Assembly (NCBI GenBank): GCA_963767005.1
Contig: CAVYCN010000018.1
Location: forward strand, 32,001-96,000
Source of the DNA: an uncultured Actinomycetes bacterium
GTDB lineage: Bacteria; Actinomycetota; Thermoleophilia; UBA2241
Reading direction: 5' to 3'
DNA: 64,000 nt
The translations under genes were made by a program, and so were the position numbers. Numbering within the stretch: position 1 is the stretch's first letter; each line of letters begins with the position of its first letter. Of this stretch, positions 39,397-49,481 are shown in pieces. The notes under the pieces are model-generated. The model did no database searches. It had not been told where the DNA came from and was given only the letters and a program-made list of their open reading frames with translations.

Positions 39397-39909
39397 TCAG
39401 GACTGCACGGCGGCCTTCTCCATGCGCCTGGCGGCCTCCTGGCGCCCGAGCGGGTAGGTCGTGACCAGTAGAAGCGTCTCCCGGCACTCGCGCAGCACGA
39501 CCATGAAACTGAGGTCGACCGGCGCGACGACTACCGTATCGAGGCGAGCTCGGCCGCTGCGGCCGGCGCGATTCCTGCGCGGCTGACGCCAGGAGCAGGC
39601 CCGGAGGTCGCCCTTCGCCTGTCGCTCGAGGATGTCCCAAACGCGCCCCAGCATGGCGCAGCGCTCAAGGTCCAGCCACCGGCCCCGCTTCGGGCCGCGG
39701 TCGCCGGTGACGAGATGCCAGAACAGCGTCTCGTGGTCGCCGCAGGCCGCCACCGTTCGGCCGTCGATCGCCAGGTGGCCGTCGACGATCGCCTCGAATT
39801 GCCAGCGGCAGCGTTGCAGCCACTCGATTAGCGGGCCGTCGAAGTCGCGGATGCGGAAGGGCTCCGGCAGGCCGAGCTCGCCGCGAAGATCCGGCGCGAT
39901 CGCGACCAT
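39397..39909 (-). CDS. Hypothetical protein, possible RelE/BECR-like fold
   Basis: FWHLVT...DLERC and C-terminal FMVVLRE...LLLVTTYP; ATG overlaps the upstream TGA. Confidence 0.6.
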   Translation of the reverse strand: MVAIAPDLRGELGLPEPFRIRDFDGPLIEWLQRCRWQFEAIVDGHLAIDGRTVAACGDHETLFWHLVTGDRGPKRGRWLDLERCAMLGRVWDILERQAKGDLRACSWRQPRRNRAGRSGRARLDTVVVAPVDLSFMVVLRECRETLLLVTTYPLGRQEAARRMEKAAVQS

Positions 39910-40304
39910 CACGACCACTCGCTACGGGGCGCCCTGAGGCGCTGACGGCGCGCCTCGCGCGCCAAGCGGGCCGCGGCGTCTACCCGGTCGACTGCGCGCC
40001 GGTAGGTCTGTGTTGGCTCCGCTACCGCGTGTTGGTAGGCCCGCCGCACCGTCTCGCAGGCCGGCAGGCGGTGGACCTGTCCGCCCTCGGTGCGGGCCAG
40101 GTACATGAACTCTACGGCGCGCTCGGCGTCGACCGACACGAGATCCTCGTCGGCCGGCTTGGCGCCGGGAGACGCGCTGCCGACCACGAAGCCGGCAGCG
40201 GTCTCGAGAAGCATGAGGCGCCGGCCGGGCGTCCCCCGGCTTGCGACCTCAGCGACGAGCGACCCTACCTCGCTCGTCAAGACCTGTGCAGATGCCGTTC
40301 GCAT
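39909..40304 (-). CDS. Hypothetical protein
   Basis: ATG 40304 with GAAAGGGG RBS; translationally coupled (TGATG) to the next gene. Confidence 0.55.
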   Translation of the reverse strand: MRTASAQVLTSEVGSLVAEVASRGTPGRRLMLLETAAGFVVGSASPGAKPADEDLVSVDAERAVEFMYLARTEGGQVHRLPACETVRRAYQHAVAEPTQTYRRAVDRVDAAARLAREARRQRLRAPRSEWS

Positions 40305-40434
40305 GTGACCCCTTTCGGTTGGCCGTGCTGCCAACGCTGCTGCCAACGTTGGCCGTGTCCGGCCGTGTCCTTGGGTGGGTCGCCATGGGCGGCGCTGGCC
40401 TTCGGAACATGCCTGTGAGCAGGGAAATCGATAG

Positions 40435-40480
40435 CTCGTAATGATGGGGTCCTCGGTTCGATTCCGAGCGTCGGCTCCAA
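40435..40480 (+). repeat. attR core (duplicated 3' part of tRNA-Thr)
   Basis: 46-bp exact copy of 29875-29920; lacks the tRNA 5' half. Confidence 0.93.
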
Positions 40481-40582
40481 GAACTTCCGCGGCAGACTCC
40501 ATCTGCGGCGGCGGGGCCTCTTCTCTCACCCGGTGCGCGCAGCGTCCCGGCCGGTCGCCGGTCCGCGTGCCTTGCCGGTGCT

Positions 40583-41704
<1,122 letters not shown>

Positions 41705-41800
41705 CGCCTTGCCCCCTGGATCGAAGAAGGACGTTCTCCGGCGGCACGCGGGGCAGGGACGACCCCTCGTGCGCTCAGGTTCGGGCGAAGCGGCGGAAGA

Positions 41801-41841
41801 AGAGGCGCCCGCCGGAGCGGTGAGCTCCGACGGGCGCCTCT
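41801..41841 (-). terminator. Stem-loop downstream of the cold-shock gene
   Basis: AGAGGCGCCCGCCGGAGC-GGTGA-GCTCCGACGGGCGCCTCT, 18-bp stem with one mismatch; weak U-tract. Confidence 0.55.
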
Positions 41842-41877
41842 GGAGGTCCGCTCAGGACTTCGCGGCGCGAACGTCCG

Positions 41878-42078
41878 TCAGGCGAGCCTTACGTTGGTAG
41901 CCTGGGGGCCCTTCTGGCCCTGCTCGACCTCGAACTCAACGGCCTGATCCTCGGACAGGCTCGCAAGACCGGGCGCCAGCGAGTTGGCGTGCACGAACAC
42001 GTCCTTGCTGCCGTCGTCCGGGGCGATGAAGCCGTAGCCCTTGCCACCGTTGAACCACTTAACTTTGCCTTGAGCCAA
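41878..42078 (-). CDS. Cold-shock protein (CspA family)
   Basis: [26 protein letters not shown]; TTG start with GAGGAG RBS. Confidence 0.95.
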   Translation of the reverse strand: MAQGKVKWFNGGKGYGFIAPDDGSKDVFVHANSLAPGLASLSEDQAVEFEVEQGQKGPQATNVRLA

Positions 42079-42228
42079 TTCCTGCTCCTCTAGCCAGGAG
42101 CGTGTCTGCGGCAACTCTCGAAGCAACGACGCGCTCACCTATGAATGCTGCTACGAAAGCTGCAACGCAACAGTCATGACAGTGTACCCTATTTCGGCCT
42201 TTTTGGGAGCCGCCATGAGTCGATGGTC

Positions 42229-43632
42229 TCACATCTCCGGCTGCAAGGGGGCTTCGCGGCGGACATCGGGCGTGCGCAGCGCGAGCTTCTTCAGGTATCC
42301 GCGGTTGGATCGATCCCAGCGCCAGCGGCGCGCGTACCACCAGCACCAGGCGTGGTCGCGCACCGCCGCGAAGCGCAGACCGGCGAGGTGATCGAGGACG
42401 CGACGCAGTGAGTAGAAGCGGGCGTAGCCGCGCAGCACCTCGGTCTGCAGGTCGACCGGCCGCAGGCGCCGCGGTGTGAACACCACGTGCTGCCCGTCGT
42501 AGAGGCGCCAGTCGCGTTCGAAGATCCGCCCTTCGGCCTGCATGTCCGCGAACTGGCGCGTGCCCGGCGCCGGCGTGAGGATGTTGAGCATCAGCGTGTC
42601 GACGCCATGGGCGCGGGCGAAGTCGACGGTTTCACGCACGGTACCGGCCGAGTCGGTGTCGGCGCCCAGGACGAACATGCCATGGCAGCGGATGCCGACC
42701 TCGTGCAGCCGGCGCACCGCCTGCACGACGTCGTCGACCGTCTGCGACTTGTCGAAGCTGTCGAGCGTGGCCTGGTCGATCGACTCGAGGCCGAGGGCCA
42801 CCCGGTAGCAGCCCGACCGTCGCATGAGGTCGAGCAGCTCGTCGTCGCGCGTGGCGTCGGCCCTGATCTGAGCCTGCCAGGGCACGACCAGGTCGCGTTC
42901 GATCATGAGACGCAGCAGCGTCTTCAGGCGCCGCTTGTCGGCGGCGAAGTTGTCGTCGTAGAAGAACACGAAGCTGGGCCGTTTCGCGGCGAGCTCGGCG
43001 ATCACGGCCTCGGGGCTGCGATACCGGTAGCGGCGCCCGAACATCGCGGTCACCGAGCAGAAGTTGCAGGCGAAGGGGCAGCCCCAGCTCGTCATGATGG
43101 GGGTCGACCTCAGGCGCTCGTGGCCGACGATCAGCGTGAGGTCGGGCACGGGCAGGTCGTCGAGGTCGGCGGCCGGCTCGCGCGGCTCGTTGTGTACCGA
43201 CACGCCCGCCCGCCTGAACGACAGGCCGGGGATGTCGTCGAGCGCGCGCCGGCCCCGCAGCGCCTCGACGAGCTCGAGCATGAGCGCCTCGCCACCCTCG
43301 CCGCGGGCCACGTAGTCGGCGTGGGCGAGCGCCTCGTCGGCGGCGAAGGTCACGTGCGAGCCGCCGATCACGGTGGGTATCCCGCGGCCCCGCAGCTCGT
43401 CGGCCAGCTCGTAGGCGGCGGGCGCCGTCGCGGTCGTCGCCGAGATGCCTACGAGATCGCTCGACAGGAGGTCGCGGCGATCGATCGGCGCGACGTGAGG
43501 ACAGTAGACGAGCACGTCGTGGCCCGCCTCGTTGAGCGCCGCGCCGATCATCGGCAGGCCGAGCCGCGGATACAGCAGGGGCGACCACAGATGAAGGCTC
43601 GGCGACTCCGGCTCGATCAAGCGGATCTTCAT
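42229..43632 (-). CDS. B12-binding domain radical SAM protein
   Basis: N-terminal cobalamin-binding domain (GGSHVT, GEG); GCPFACNFC; YDDNF. Confidence 0.92.
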   Translation of the reverse strand: MKIRLIEPESPSLHLWSPLLYPRLGLPMIGAALNEAGHDVLVYCPHVAPIDRRDLLSSDLVGISATTATAPAAYELADELRGRGIPTVIGGSHVTFAADEALAHADYVARGEGGEALMLELVEALRGRRALDDIPGLSFRRAGVSVHNEPREPAADLDDLPVPDLTLIVGHERLRSTPIMTSWGCPFACNFCSVTAMFGRRYRYRSPEAVIAELAAKRPSFVFFYDDNFAADKRRLKTLLRLMIERDLVVPWQAQIRADATRDDELLDLMRRSGCYRVALGLESIDQATLDSFDKSQTVDDVVQAVRRLHEVGIRCHGMFVLGADTDSAGTVRETVDFARAHGVDTLMLNILTPAPGTRQFADMQAEGRIFERDWRLYDGQHVVFTPRRLRPVDLQTEVLRGYARFYSLRRVLDHLAGLRFAAVRDHAWCWWYARRWRWDRSNRGYLKKLALRTPDVRREAPLQPEM

Positions 43633-43798
43633 GGGACTCCCGTCAGCCGACACGGGCCGAGGCGACCGGCGTCGTGGGCCCGGCCCACGAGCGGGGCCCC
43701 TCGCGCGCCTCGTGGTGGCCCCTTTCTACCCACAAGACGGGCTGCGCGGGGGCGTTCGGCGTTGGAAGTTTCGAGACGGACCGCGGAACTTCTCGGGG

Positions 43799-44008
43799 CT
43801 ATTTGGTGCGGGTGCCGAGCGACGCACGCTTGAGCTGGGGCCACTGCGACTTGCGCACGACGAGCCGCCGGCCGCCCTGAGCGACGAGCGTGACGTAGGG
43901 CTCCTGCGATGAATCGCCGTAGCGGACCGCGGTGCTCATGTTCCGCTCGGCGACAGTCCACATATGGCCGTCGAAGCGCACGTATGCGCCCAGCTCGGTA
44001 TTGTCCAC
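43799..44008 (-). CDS. Small hypothetical protein
   Basis: 69 aa ORF with GGGAG RBS. Confidence 0.45.
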   Translation of the reverse strand: MDNTELGAYVRFDGHMWTVAERNMSTAVRYGDSSQEPYVTLVAQGGRRLVVRKSQWPQLKRASLGTRTK

Positions 44009-44135
44009 GATCGTCTCCCATGCGGTGATCCGCGCCAGTGGAGAGGTGGGCGCCCACGCCGGCTCCAGAGCGAGCGGAGCTGAGCAAGAGCTTACACCCT
44101 CGTGGCGCGCTCTGCCCCGATCGCGACGGTCCTTC

Positions 44136-44774
44136 CTACGAGGTCGCGCTCGCGTCGGCCTCGAGGTGGTAGCGCTTCCAGGCGGCGTCGTTGTCGGCGG
44201 CGTCGGTCCCAGTCAGCAGGCGGCGTTCGTCGGAGCCGGCGAGCCTCTTCAGGTGCATCGTCTGCCCGCAGGCGGGACAGTCCTGCGTGGCTCGGGGCGG
44301 AGGCTCGACCGCGACCGCGCAGTACGGGCAGGAGACCGGCCCGTCCATACGCGTCGGGTCCGTGGCCGGCTCGCCCTCTGTGCGCGGCAAGCTCGACGTT
44401 GCCACTGAGGAGCCGGTCGCCGCGGCCGGAGGCTGGTCGGCGGTCGTCGCCGGCACGGCGAGCTCCCATTCCGCGAGCTCGGCGAGCCATTCACGCAGGC
44501 CGTCGTGCGCCCAGTCCAGCCAGGCGCGCCGATCGTAGTCGATGAGCTTGCCGGCGCTGACCGACGCGCCCTCGACGGACAGCCGTGGCGCCCGGTAGAC
44601 GACCTGCTTGCCCGCCCAGGAGCTGCGCGAGTTGAAGGTGGCGACGACTCTGGGCGGCGCCGCCGAGCCGGCCGCGACGGGGGTCGCGGTGACCCCGTCC
44701 GGCGACGCGCCGCAGGCCGGACAGACCTGCACCGCGGGGTCGAGCGCGGCTCCACACGTGCGACAGCGCGGCAT
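44136..44774 (-). CDS. Protein with two Zn-ribbon modules
   Basis: CRTC...CPAC at the N-terminus and CPYC...CPAC near the C-terminus; GAGGGAG RBS. Confidence 0.65.
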   Translation of the reverse strand: MPRCRTCGAALDPAVQVCPACGASPDGVTATPVAAGSAAPPRVVATFNSRSSWAGKQVVYRAPRLSVEGASVSAGKLIDYDRRAWLDWAHDGLREWLAELAEWELAVPATTADQPPAAATGSSVATSSLPRTEGEPATDPTRMDGPVSCPYCAVAVEPPPRATQDCPACGQTMHLKRLAGSDERRLLTGTDAADNDAAWKRYHLEADASATS

Positions 44775-44990
44775 GGCGACTCCCTCATCGGATGTCCCTT
44801 CAGCCCGCTCTGTGATGCAGGTCAGGGCAGGGCCAGCGTACCCTCCGGGAAGCCCCCGGCACAACCTGGACCTCGGCAAGAAATCGCCCCGAATCGTGCG
44901 CTCGACGGCGCGAGGCGACATAATGCGTCAGAACAGTGTGCATCGCGGCCGACGGCGGTCTCGGTGCGCCCAGGAAGGCGAGGCAGAGAG

Positions 44991-45371
44991 ATGGGACCTG
45001 AGGTCGACTCCGTTCGCGGGTACCGCGAATGGCTGGCGCGAGGCCTCTACTGCTGGCTCGAGTGGCGGGCGGTGATGGCCGAGGAGCGGCCGGCCGACCG
45101 GCGCTGCCTGCAGGCCGCCAAGGCGCTCTACCGCGCGGCGCGCGAGGTCATGGCGCTGCCCGACGACGACCCGCGGCTGCTGCGGCTGGCGCGTCTTTGT
45201 GATGCGGGCGACGGCGCCGTGCGCGAGTTCCGCGAGCAGGAGTGCCGCATCATCGCCTGCCACGGTTTCGGCTCTGCCGGCACGCAGACCACCGGGGGCC
45301 TGCTGGCCGCCCTGGTGAGGGCGGCAGACGACGCCGTGCTCCTGTCGCTCGAAAACGCACTCTCGCCGTAG
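44991..45371 (+). CDS. Hypothetical protein
   Basis: 126 aa helical ORF with typical codon usage. Confidence 0.55.
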   Translation: MGPEVDSVRGYREWLARGLYCWLEWRAVMAEERPADRRCLQAAKALYRAAREVMALPDDDPRLLRLARLCDAGDGAVREFREQECRIIACHGFGSAGTQTTGGLLAALVRAADDAVLLSLENALSP

Positions 45372-45474
45372 GGCGACGACCTGAGGATGCGGCGCTGCGA
45401 GGCCTGGCTCTGGGAAGCTGCCGCAGGCCAGGCAGAGCACTGACGATACCCACTCCCGGAAAGCAGACCAAGGT

Positions 45475-46182
45475 ATGTCTCAACTCGGCGATCGCCTGAC
45501 GCGTGGTAGATCAGGTCGTCAGGGACCGCGGCTCGTGCCCTACGCCGCGACGGTGCTGGCCGTCCGGCCGATCCTGAGAAGCGCCTACCGCCTCAGGGTC
45601 GTCGGCCCCGACCGAGTCCCCGCCGCGGGGCCACTCGTGGTCGTCGCCAACCACGAGAGCAACCTCGATGGCTTCGTCCTGATCTCGGTCCTCGGGAAGC
45701 GGCGCCTCACGTTCCTCTCCGCCGCGCACCTCTTCGAACGACCCGTCATCGGGCGCTATCTGCGCGCCATCGGCGCGCTGCCGGTCGAGGAGGAGCGCGC
45801 CAACGTCGCGAGCTTCAGGAAGGCCCTCGCGATCCTCGCCGCGGGCGGGACCGTGGCCGTCTTTCCCCAGGGAGGCATCGACCGCACCGAGACCCAGGGC
45901 GGCGCGGCATACCTGGCGCTCAAAGCGGGCGCGCCGCTGCTGCCGCTGCACCTTTCGGGTACGCGCGAGGCGCTGCCGGCAGACGGCACCTGGCCTGCCC
46001 TGGCGCGCATCACGGCGCACGTCGGTGTGCCGGTCCCCGCCAGCGCGATCGCCAACGGGCACACCAGCACCAGCGCGGCGGTCGCCGAGGGCACCGCCCT
46101 CATCGCGCGACTGCTGGCCGAGATGCGAACGGCACAGGTGCCTTCACCCCGCCGTGGCGGGGTGGTCGCCCGCGACGCATGA
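45475..46182 (+). CDS. Lysophospholipid/1-acyl-glycerol-3-phosphate acyltransferase (PlsC family)
   Basis: NHESNLD (HxxxxD) and FPQG motifs. Confidence 0.88.
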   Translation: MSQLGDRLTRGRSGRQGPRLVPYAATVLAVRPILRSAYRLRVVGPDRVPAAGPLVVVANHESNLDGFVLISVLGKRRLTFLSAAHLFERPVIGRYLRAIGALPVEEERANVASFRKALAILAAGGTVAVFPQGGIDRTETQGGAAYLALKAGAPLLPLHLSGTREALPADGTWPALARITAHVGVPVPASAIANGHTSTSAAVAEGTALIARLLAEMRTAQVPSPRRGGVVARDA

Positions 46183-46937
46183 CTCGCGGCGAGCGGCGCC
46201 GGCCGGGGCAGCCCGCGCGCCGACGCAGACGGCTCCTGGCCGCCGTCGCCGTCGCGGCGGCGGTCGTCGCCCTCGTCCTGCTCGGGCTCGACCTGCACCG
46301 CCGCTGGCCCCCCTCGTCCTCCGCCCTCGCCCAGATGCGCCGCGACGCGGTGGTGTGGCAGGCCGCCCTGGCGCCGCGCTGGCCGAGCGCCTACGCCGAC
46401 GACCTGAAGCTGCCGCCCGCGGTGGTGCGCGCGCTCGACGCGCGCGAGCGCTCCCAGCTCGCGAGCGTCGAGACGCAGGAGATGCTGCACGAGGACCTCG
46501 CCCAGTCCGGGATCGCCGAGCTCATGACGCAGGCGCGCCGGCTGAACCCCCAGGAGCCCCGTGAGCCGGTCGAGACGCTCTGGCAGCGCCGCGTGGTGTC
46601 GTTCCGGTTCGCGCGGCGCGACCTCGACGGCGCGATCGTCTGCGACGCTCTGATCTGGTCGGGCTCGCGCCTCGCCCGGTGGGACTCTCGGACGAAGCGC
46701 TTCGTGCCGGCGCGGCGCTTCGACGTCGAGCCGCTGTACGAGCTCGTGTTCCGCCGCGATCAGGGCCGCTGGCGGCTCGACGCGGCCGCCGTCCTGCGGT
46801 ACTCGGTGGACACGAGCTCGCGCTACGGCCCCTCCACCCCGCACCGGCTGCTGCCGCCGGGCTGGGCGCCGGTCGCCACCGTGCCGGCGGCGACCTCAGC
46901 GTCGTCGCGCCCGGCGTCCTCGCCGTCGAGCCGCTAG
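46179..46937 (+). CDS. Hypothetical membrane-anchored/secreted protein
   Basis: N-terminal TM helix; ATGA overlap with the acyltransferase gene. Confidence 0.65.
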   Translation: MTRGERRRPGQPARRRRRLLAAVAVAAAVVALVLLGLDLHRRWPPSSSALAQMRRDAVVWQAALAPRWPSAYADDLKLPPAVVRALDARERSQLASVETQEMLHEDLAQSGIAELMTQARRLNPQEPREPVETLWQRRVVSFRFARRDLDGAIVCDALIWSGSRLARWDSRTKRFVPARRFDVEPLYELVFRRDQGRWRLDAAAVLRYSVDTSSRYGPSTPHRLLPPGWAPVATVPAATSASSRPASSPSSR

Positions 46938-47680
46938 ACGGGCTCCTCGTCGAGCGTCCAGCCGGGGCAGGCGGCGGGATCGACGCGGACGACGTGCAGG
47001 CGGCGCTCCGCGAGCGCCGCCCGCACGTCGTCGAAGGTCTCCCAGGGCACGAAGGGCAGCCCGTCCCGCGCGCAGATGCGGGCCAGCACGTCCTTGGCGA
47101 AGACGACGTCGGCGTACACCGCGGCGTAGCGGTCCGAGCTGCCGTCGCCGACGAAGGCCACCGGCCCGCGCCGGCGGTGATCGAGCACGGCCTGCATCTT
47201 GCAGGTGCCGCAGCCGCGACACCGTGGGTGCTCTCGCGGATGACGGAGCGTCAGGCCGTCGACGCCCTCGACCAGCACGTTCGTGAGGACCGGCACGTGC
47301 GAGAGCCCGGCGGCGGCGAGCAGCGGCTCGACGTAGAAGCCGAGCCCGTCGCTCACGACCGCCACCTCCACCCCCCGGCCCTGCGCCCAGCGCACGAAGG
47401 CAGCGAAGCCGGGATCAAGCGTGATGTGCTCGAGCGCGAAGGCGAGCAGCTCATCGCGCGGCGCCCGCAGCAGCCGCGCCAGACGCGCCATGTCGGCGCG
47501 GTGGGTCGCGCTGCCCTTCCAGCTCGCCCGCGCGAAGTGACGCTCCCAATCGTCGCCGACGAAGCGCCGGCAGAGCTCGATGAAGCCGTCGAGCGGGCTC
47601 GCCGTGCCGTCGAAGTCGACGAGCACGCTCGCGACCTGCCACGCGGGCGGCCGGCCCCCACTGTCGCGCGAAGTCGCCAT
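46934..47680 (-). CDS. MtnX-like HAD-IB phosphatase
   Basis: VDFDGT, VVSDG, CGTCK, GDGSSD, VFAK. Confidence 0.88.
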   Translation of the reverse strand: MATSRDSGGRPPAWQVASVLVDFDGTASPLDGFIELCRRFVGDDWERHFARASWKGSATHRADMARLARLLRAPRDELLAFALEHITLDPGFAAFVRWAQGRGVEVAVVSDGLGFYVEPLLAAAGLSHVPVLTNVLVEGVDGLTLRHPREHPRCRGCGTCKMQAVLDHRRRGPVAFVGDGSSDRYAAVYADVVFAKDVLARICARDGLPFVPWETFDDVRAALAERRLHVVRVDPAACPGWTLDEEPV

Positions 47681-47768
47681 CACGCCCGATCCTGCGCGCG
47701 GCCGAGACGGCGCGCAACCCGGGCGCCGGCCGGTGCAATGGCTCGCCGAAGCGACCGGCGTGGTCGTC

Positions 47769-49442
47769 CTAGGCGGAGGCGCCCGGACCGCGCAGCACCG
47801 CGCCACCACGCGCCCCGGTGTGCGCGCCGTCCCACACGGCGGCCTCACCGTTCACGAAGACGTAGTCCATGCCCTCGGCGTAGCGATGCGGGATGTTCTC
47901 GAAGGGCGCCGTGTGCGGGTACGGGTTGGTGGCGCAGTCGTGCACGCGCTCGAGGTCGAAGACCAGCAGGTCGGCGCGCGCCCCCGGCCGCAGGATGCCG
48001 CGATCCCACAAGCCGAAGCGCTGGGCCGGCAGCGACGTCATCTTGCGCACGGCCTCCTCGAGGCGCAGCACCTCGCGGTCGCGCACGAAGCGTTCGAGGA
48101 TGCCGGGGTACTCGCCGAAGCTGCAGGGCCAGTACGCGGTCGCGTCGTCGGGCGCCGGCAGGGGCTGCACGAGGCCGTCGGAGCAGAACATGCTGAGCGG
48201 GTGCCGCGCCACGATCTCGACCTGTTCCGAGTCGATGTACTCGAAGATGCCGACGATCTCGTCGCGCGATTCGACGATCAAGTCGAGGAACGTGTCGAAG
48301 GAGTCGGCGCCGCGCGCCGTGGCGATGTCGGCGACCGAGCGGCCGAGCAGCGTCTGGTCGGGTGCGCTCAGCACGACGACGCGCTCGAAGCGGCCGTGCC
48401 GCACGAGGCCGGCGTAGCCCGGGCCGGGCCGGTGGTCGTCGGCGGCGACCTCGCCACGCAGGGCCGCGCGCCGCCCGGGGTCGCGCAGCACGGCGACGAG
48501 CTCGTCGACGGCGAGGCTGTGCAGCGGCTGCGGCAGGCCCCGCGACAGGCGCGGCGCAAGCTCGGTGTGGACGTCGTTGTCGAGCGTGACGTCGAGCCCC
48601 GCGGCGCGCGCCCGCTCGATCGCGCCGAGGTTCTCGGCGGCCCGCGGCCCGCCCCACTTGGGCACGTTGTGCGAGACCTCGACCGGCAGGCCGGCCTCGC
48701 GACCGACCAGCAACGCCTCGTCGACGGCGGCGACGATCGTCTCGCGCTCGCCGCGCACGTGGCTCGTGTAGATGCCGTGGAAGGGCGCGACCACCCGTGC
48801 GAGCGCGACGATCTCGTCGGTCGACGAGTAGCAGCCCGGCGGGTAGACGAGGCCGGTCGACAGACCGTAAGCGCCGGCGGCCATGCTCGCCGCCAACAGG
48901 TCCTTCATGACGGCGAGCTCGCGCTCGCCGGCGGGGCGCTCGTCGAAGCCCATCACCGCCACGCGCAGCGCGCCGTGACCGACCAGCGCGGCGACGTTGA
49001 TGCCGCAGCCGCCGGCCTCGACGCCGCCGAGATACTCGGCGAACGTGCGCCAGGTGATCGGCGGCACGTCGAAGTAGAACTCCCACATCTTCACGAGGTC
49101 GGCGACGTGGGCGTCGGCGACCGGGGCCGCCGACATGCCGCAGTTGCCCATGACGTGGGTCGTCACGCCCTGGTAGAGCGCCGACTCGGCGCCGGGGTCG
49201 GTGAGCACCGTGAAGTCGGAATGCGTGTGCGGGTCGACAAAGCCCGGCGTGACGTAGCGGCCGCCGGCGTCGATCACGCGGGGCGCGGGCCGGCCGGCGC
49301 GCGGCAGCGCGCCGGCCGGCCCCACCCGCGCCACCAGGCCGCCCTCGAGCAGCACGTCGGCCGCGACCCAGGGGTTGCCGGCGCCGTCGACCAGCCGACA
49401 GCCCGTGATCAGTACGCTGTCGGGGCCGGCCGGGACGCTCAT
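47769..49442 (-). CDS. N-acyl-D-amino acid deacylase (D-aminoacylase family amidohydrolase)
   Basis: PGFVDPHTHSD, GNCG, STGLVYPPG, SHVR, EEAVRKMTSLPA. Confidence 0.92.
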   Translation of the reverse strand: MSVPAGPDSVLITGCRLVDGAGNPWVAADVLLEGGLVARVGPAGALPRAGRPAPRVIDAGGRYVTPGFVDPHTHSDFTVLTDPGAESALYQGVTTHVMGNCGMSAAPVADAHVADLVKMWEFYFDVPPITWRTFAEYLGGVEAGGCGINVAALVGHGALRVAVMGFDERPAGERELAVMKDLLAASMAAGAYGLSTGLVYPPGCYSSTDEIVALARVVAPFHGIYTSHVRGERETIVAAVDEALLVGREAGLPVEVSHNVPKWGGPRAAENLGAIERARAAGLDVTLDNDVHTELAPRLSRGLPQPLHSLAVDELVAVLRDPGRRAALRGEVAADDHRPGPGYAGLVRHGRFERVVVLSAPDQTLLGRSVADIATARGADSFDTFLDLIVESRDEIVGIFEYIDSEQVEIVARHPLSMFCSDGLVQPLPAPDDATAYWPCSFGEYPGILERFVRDREVLRLEEAVRKMTSLPAQRFGLWDRGILRPGARADLLVFDLERVHDCATNPYPHTAPFENIPHRYAEGMDYVFVNGEAAVWDGAHTGARGGAVLRGPGASA

Positions 49443-49481
49443 GGGCTCCTCCTGGTCGCGCGCGCGGGATCCCGCGCGCGC

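Larger units (their letters stand above)
29875..40480. mobile_element. Integrated ~10.6-kb phage-satellite-like or defective prophage element in tRNA-Thr(CGT)
   Basis: Identical 46-bp direct repeats at both ends; tyrosine integrase and xis next to attL; replication gene and iterons inside. Confidence 0.9.

Noticed and set aside
40435-40480. Second tRNA-Thr gene
   Set aside because: Only the 3' 46 nt are present; this is the attR duplication
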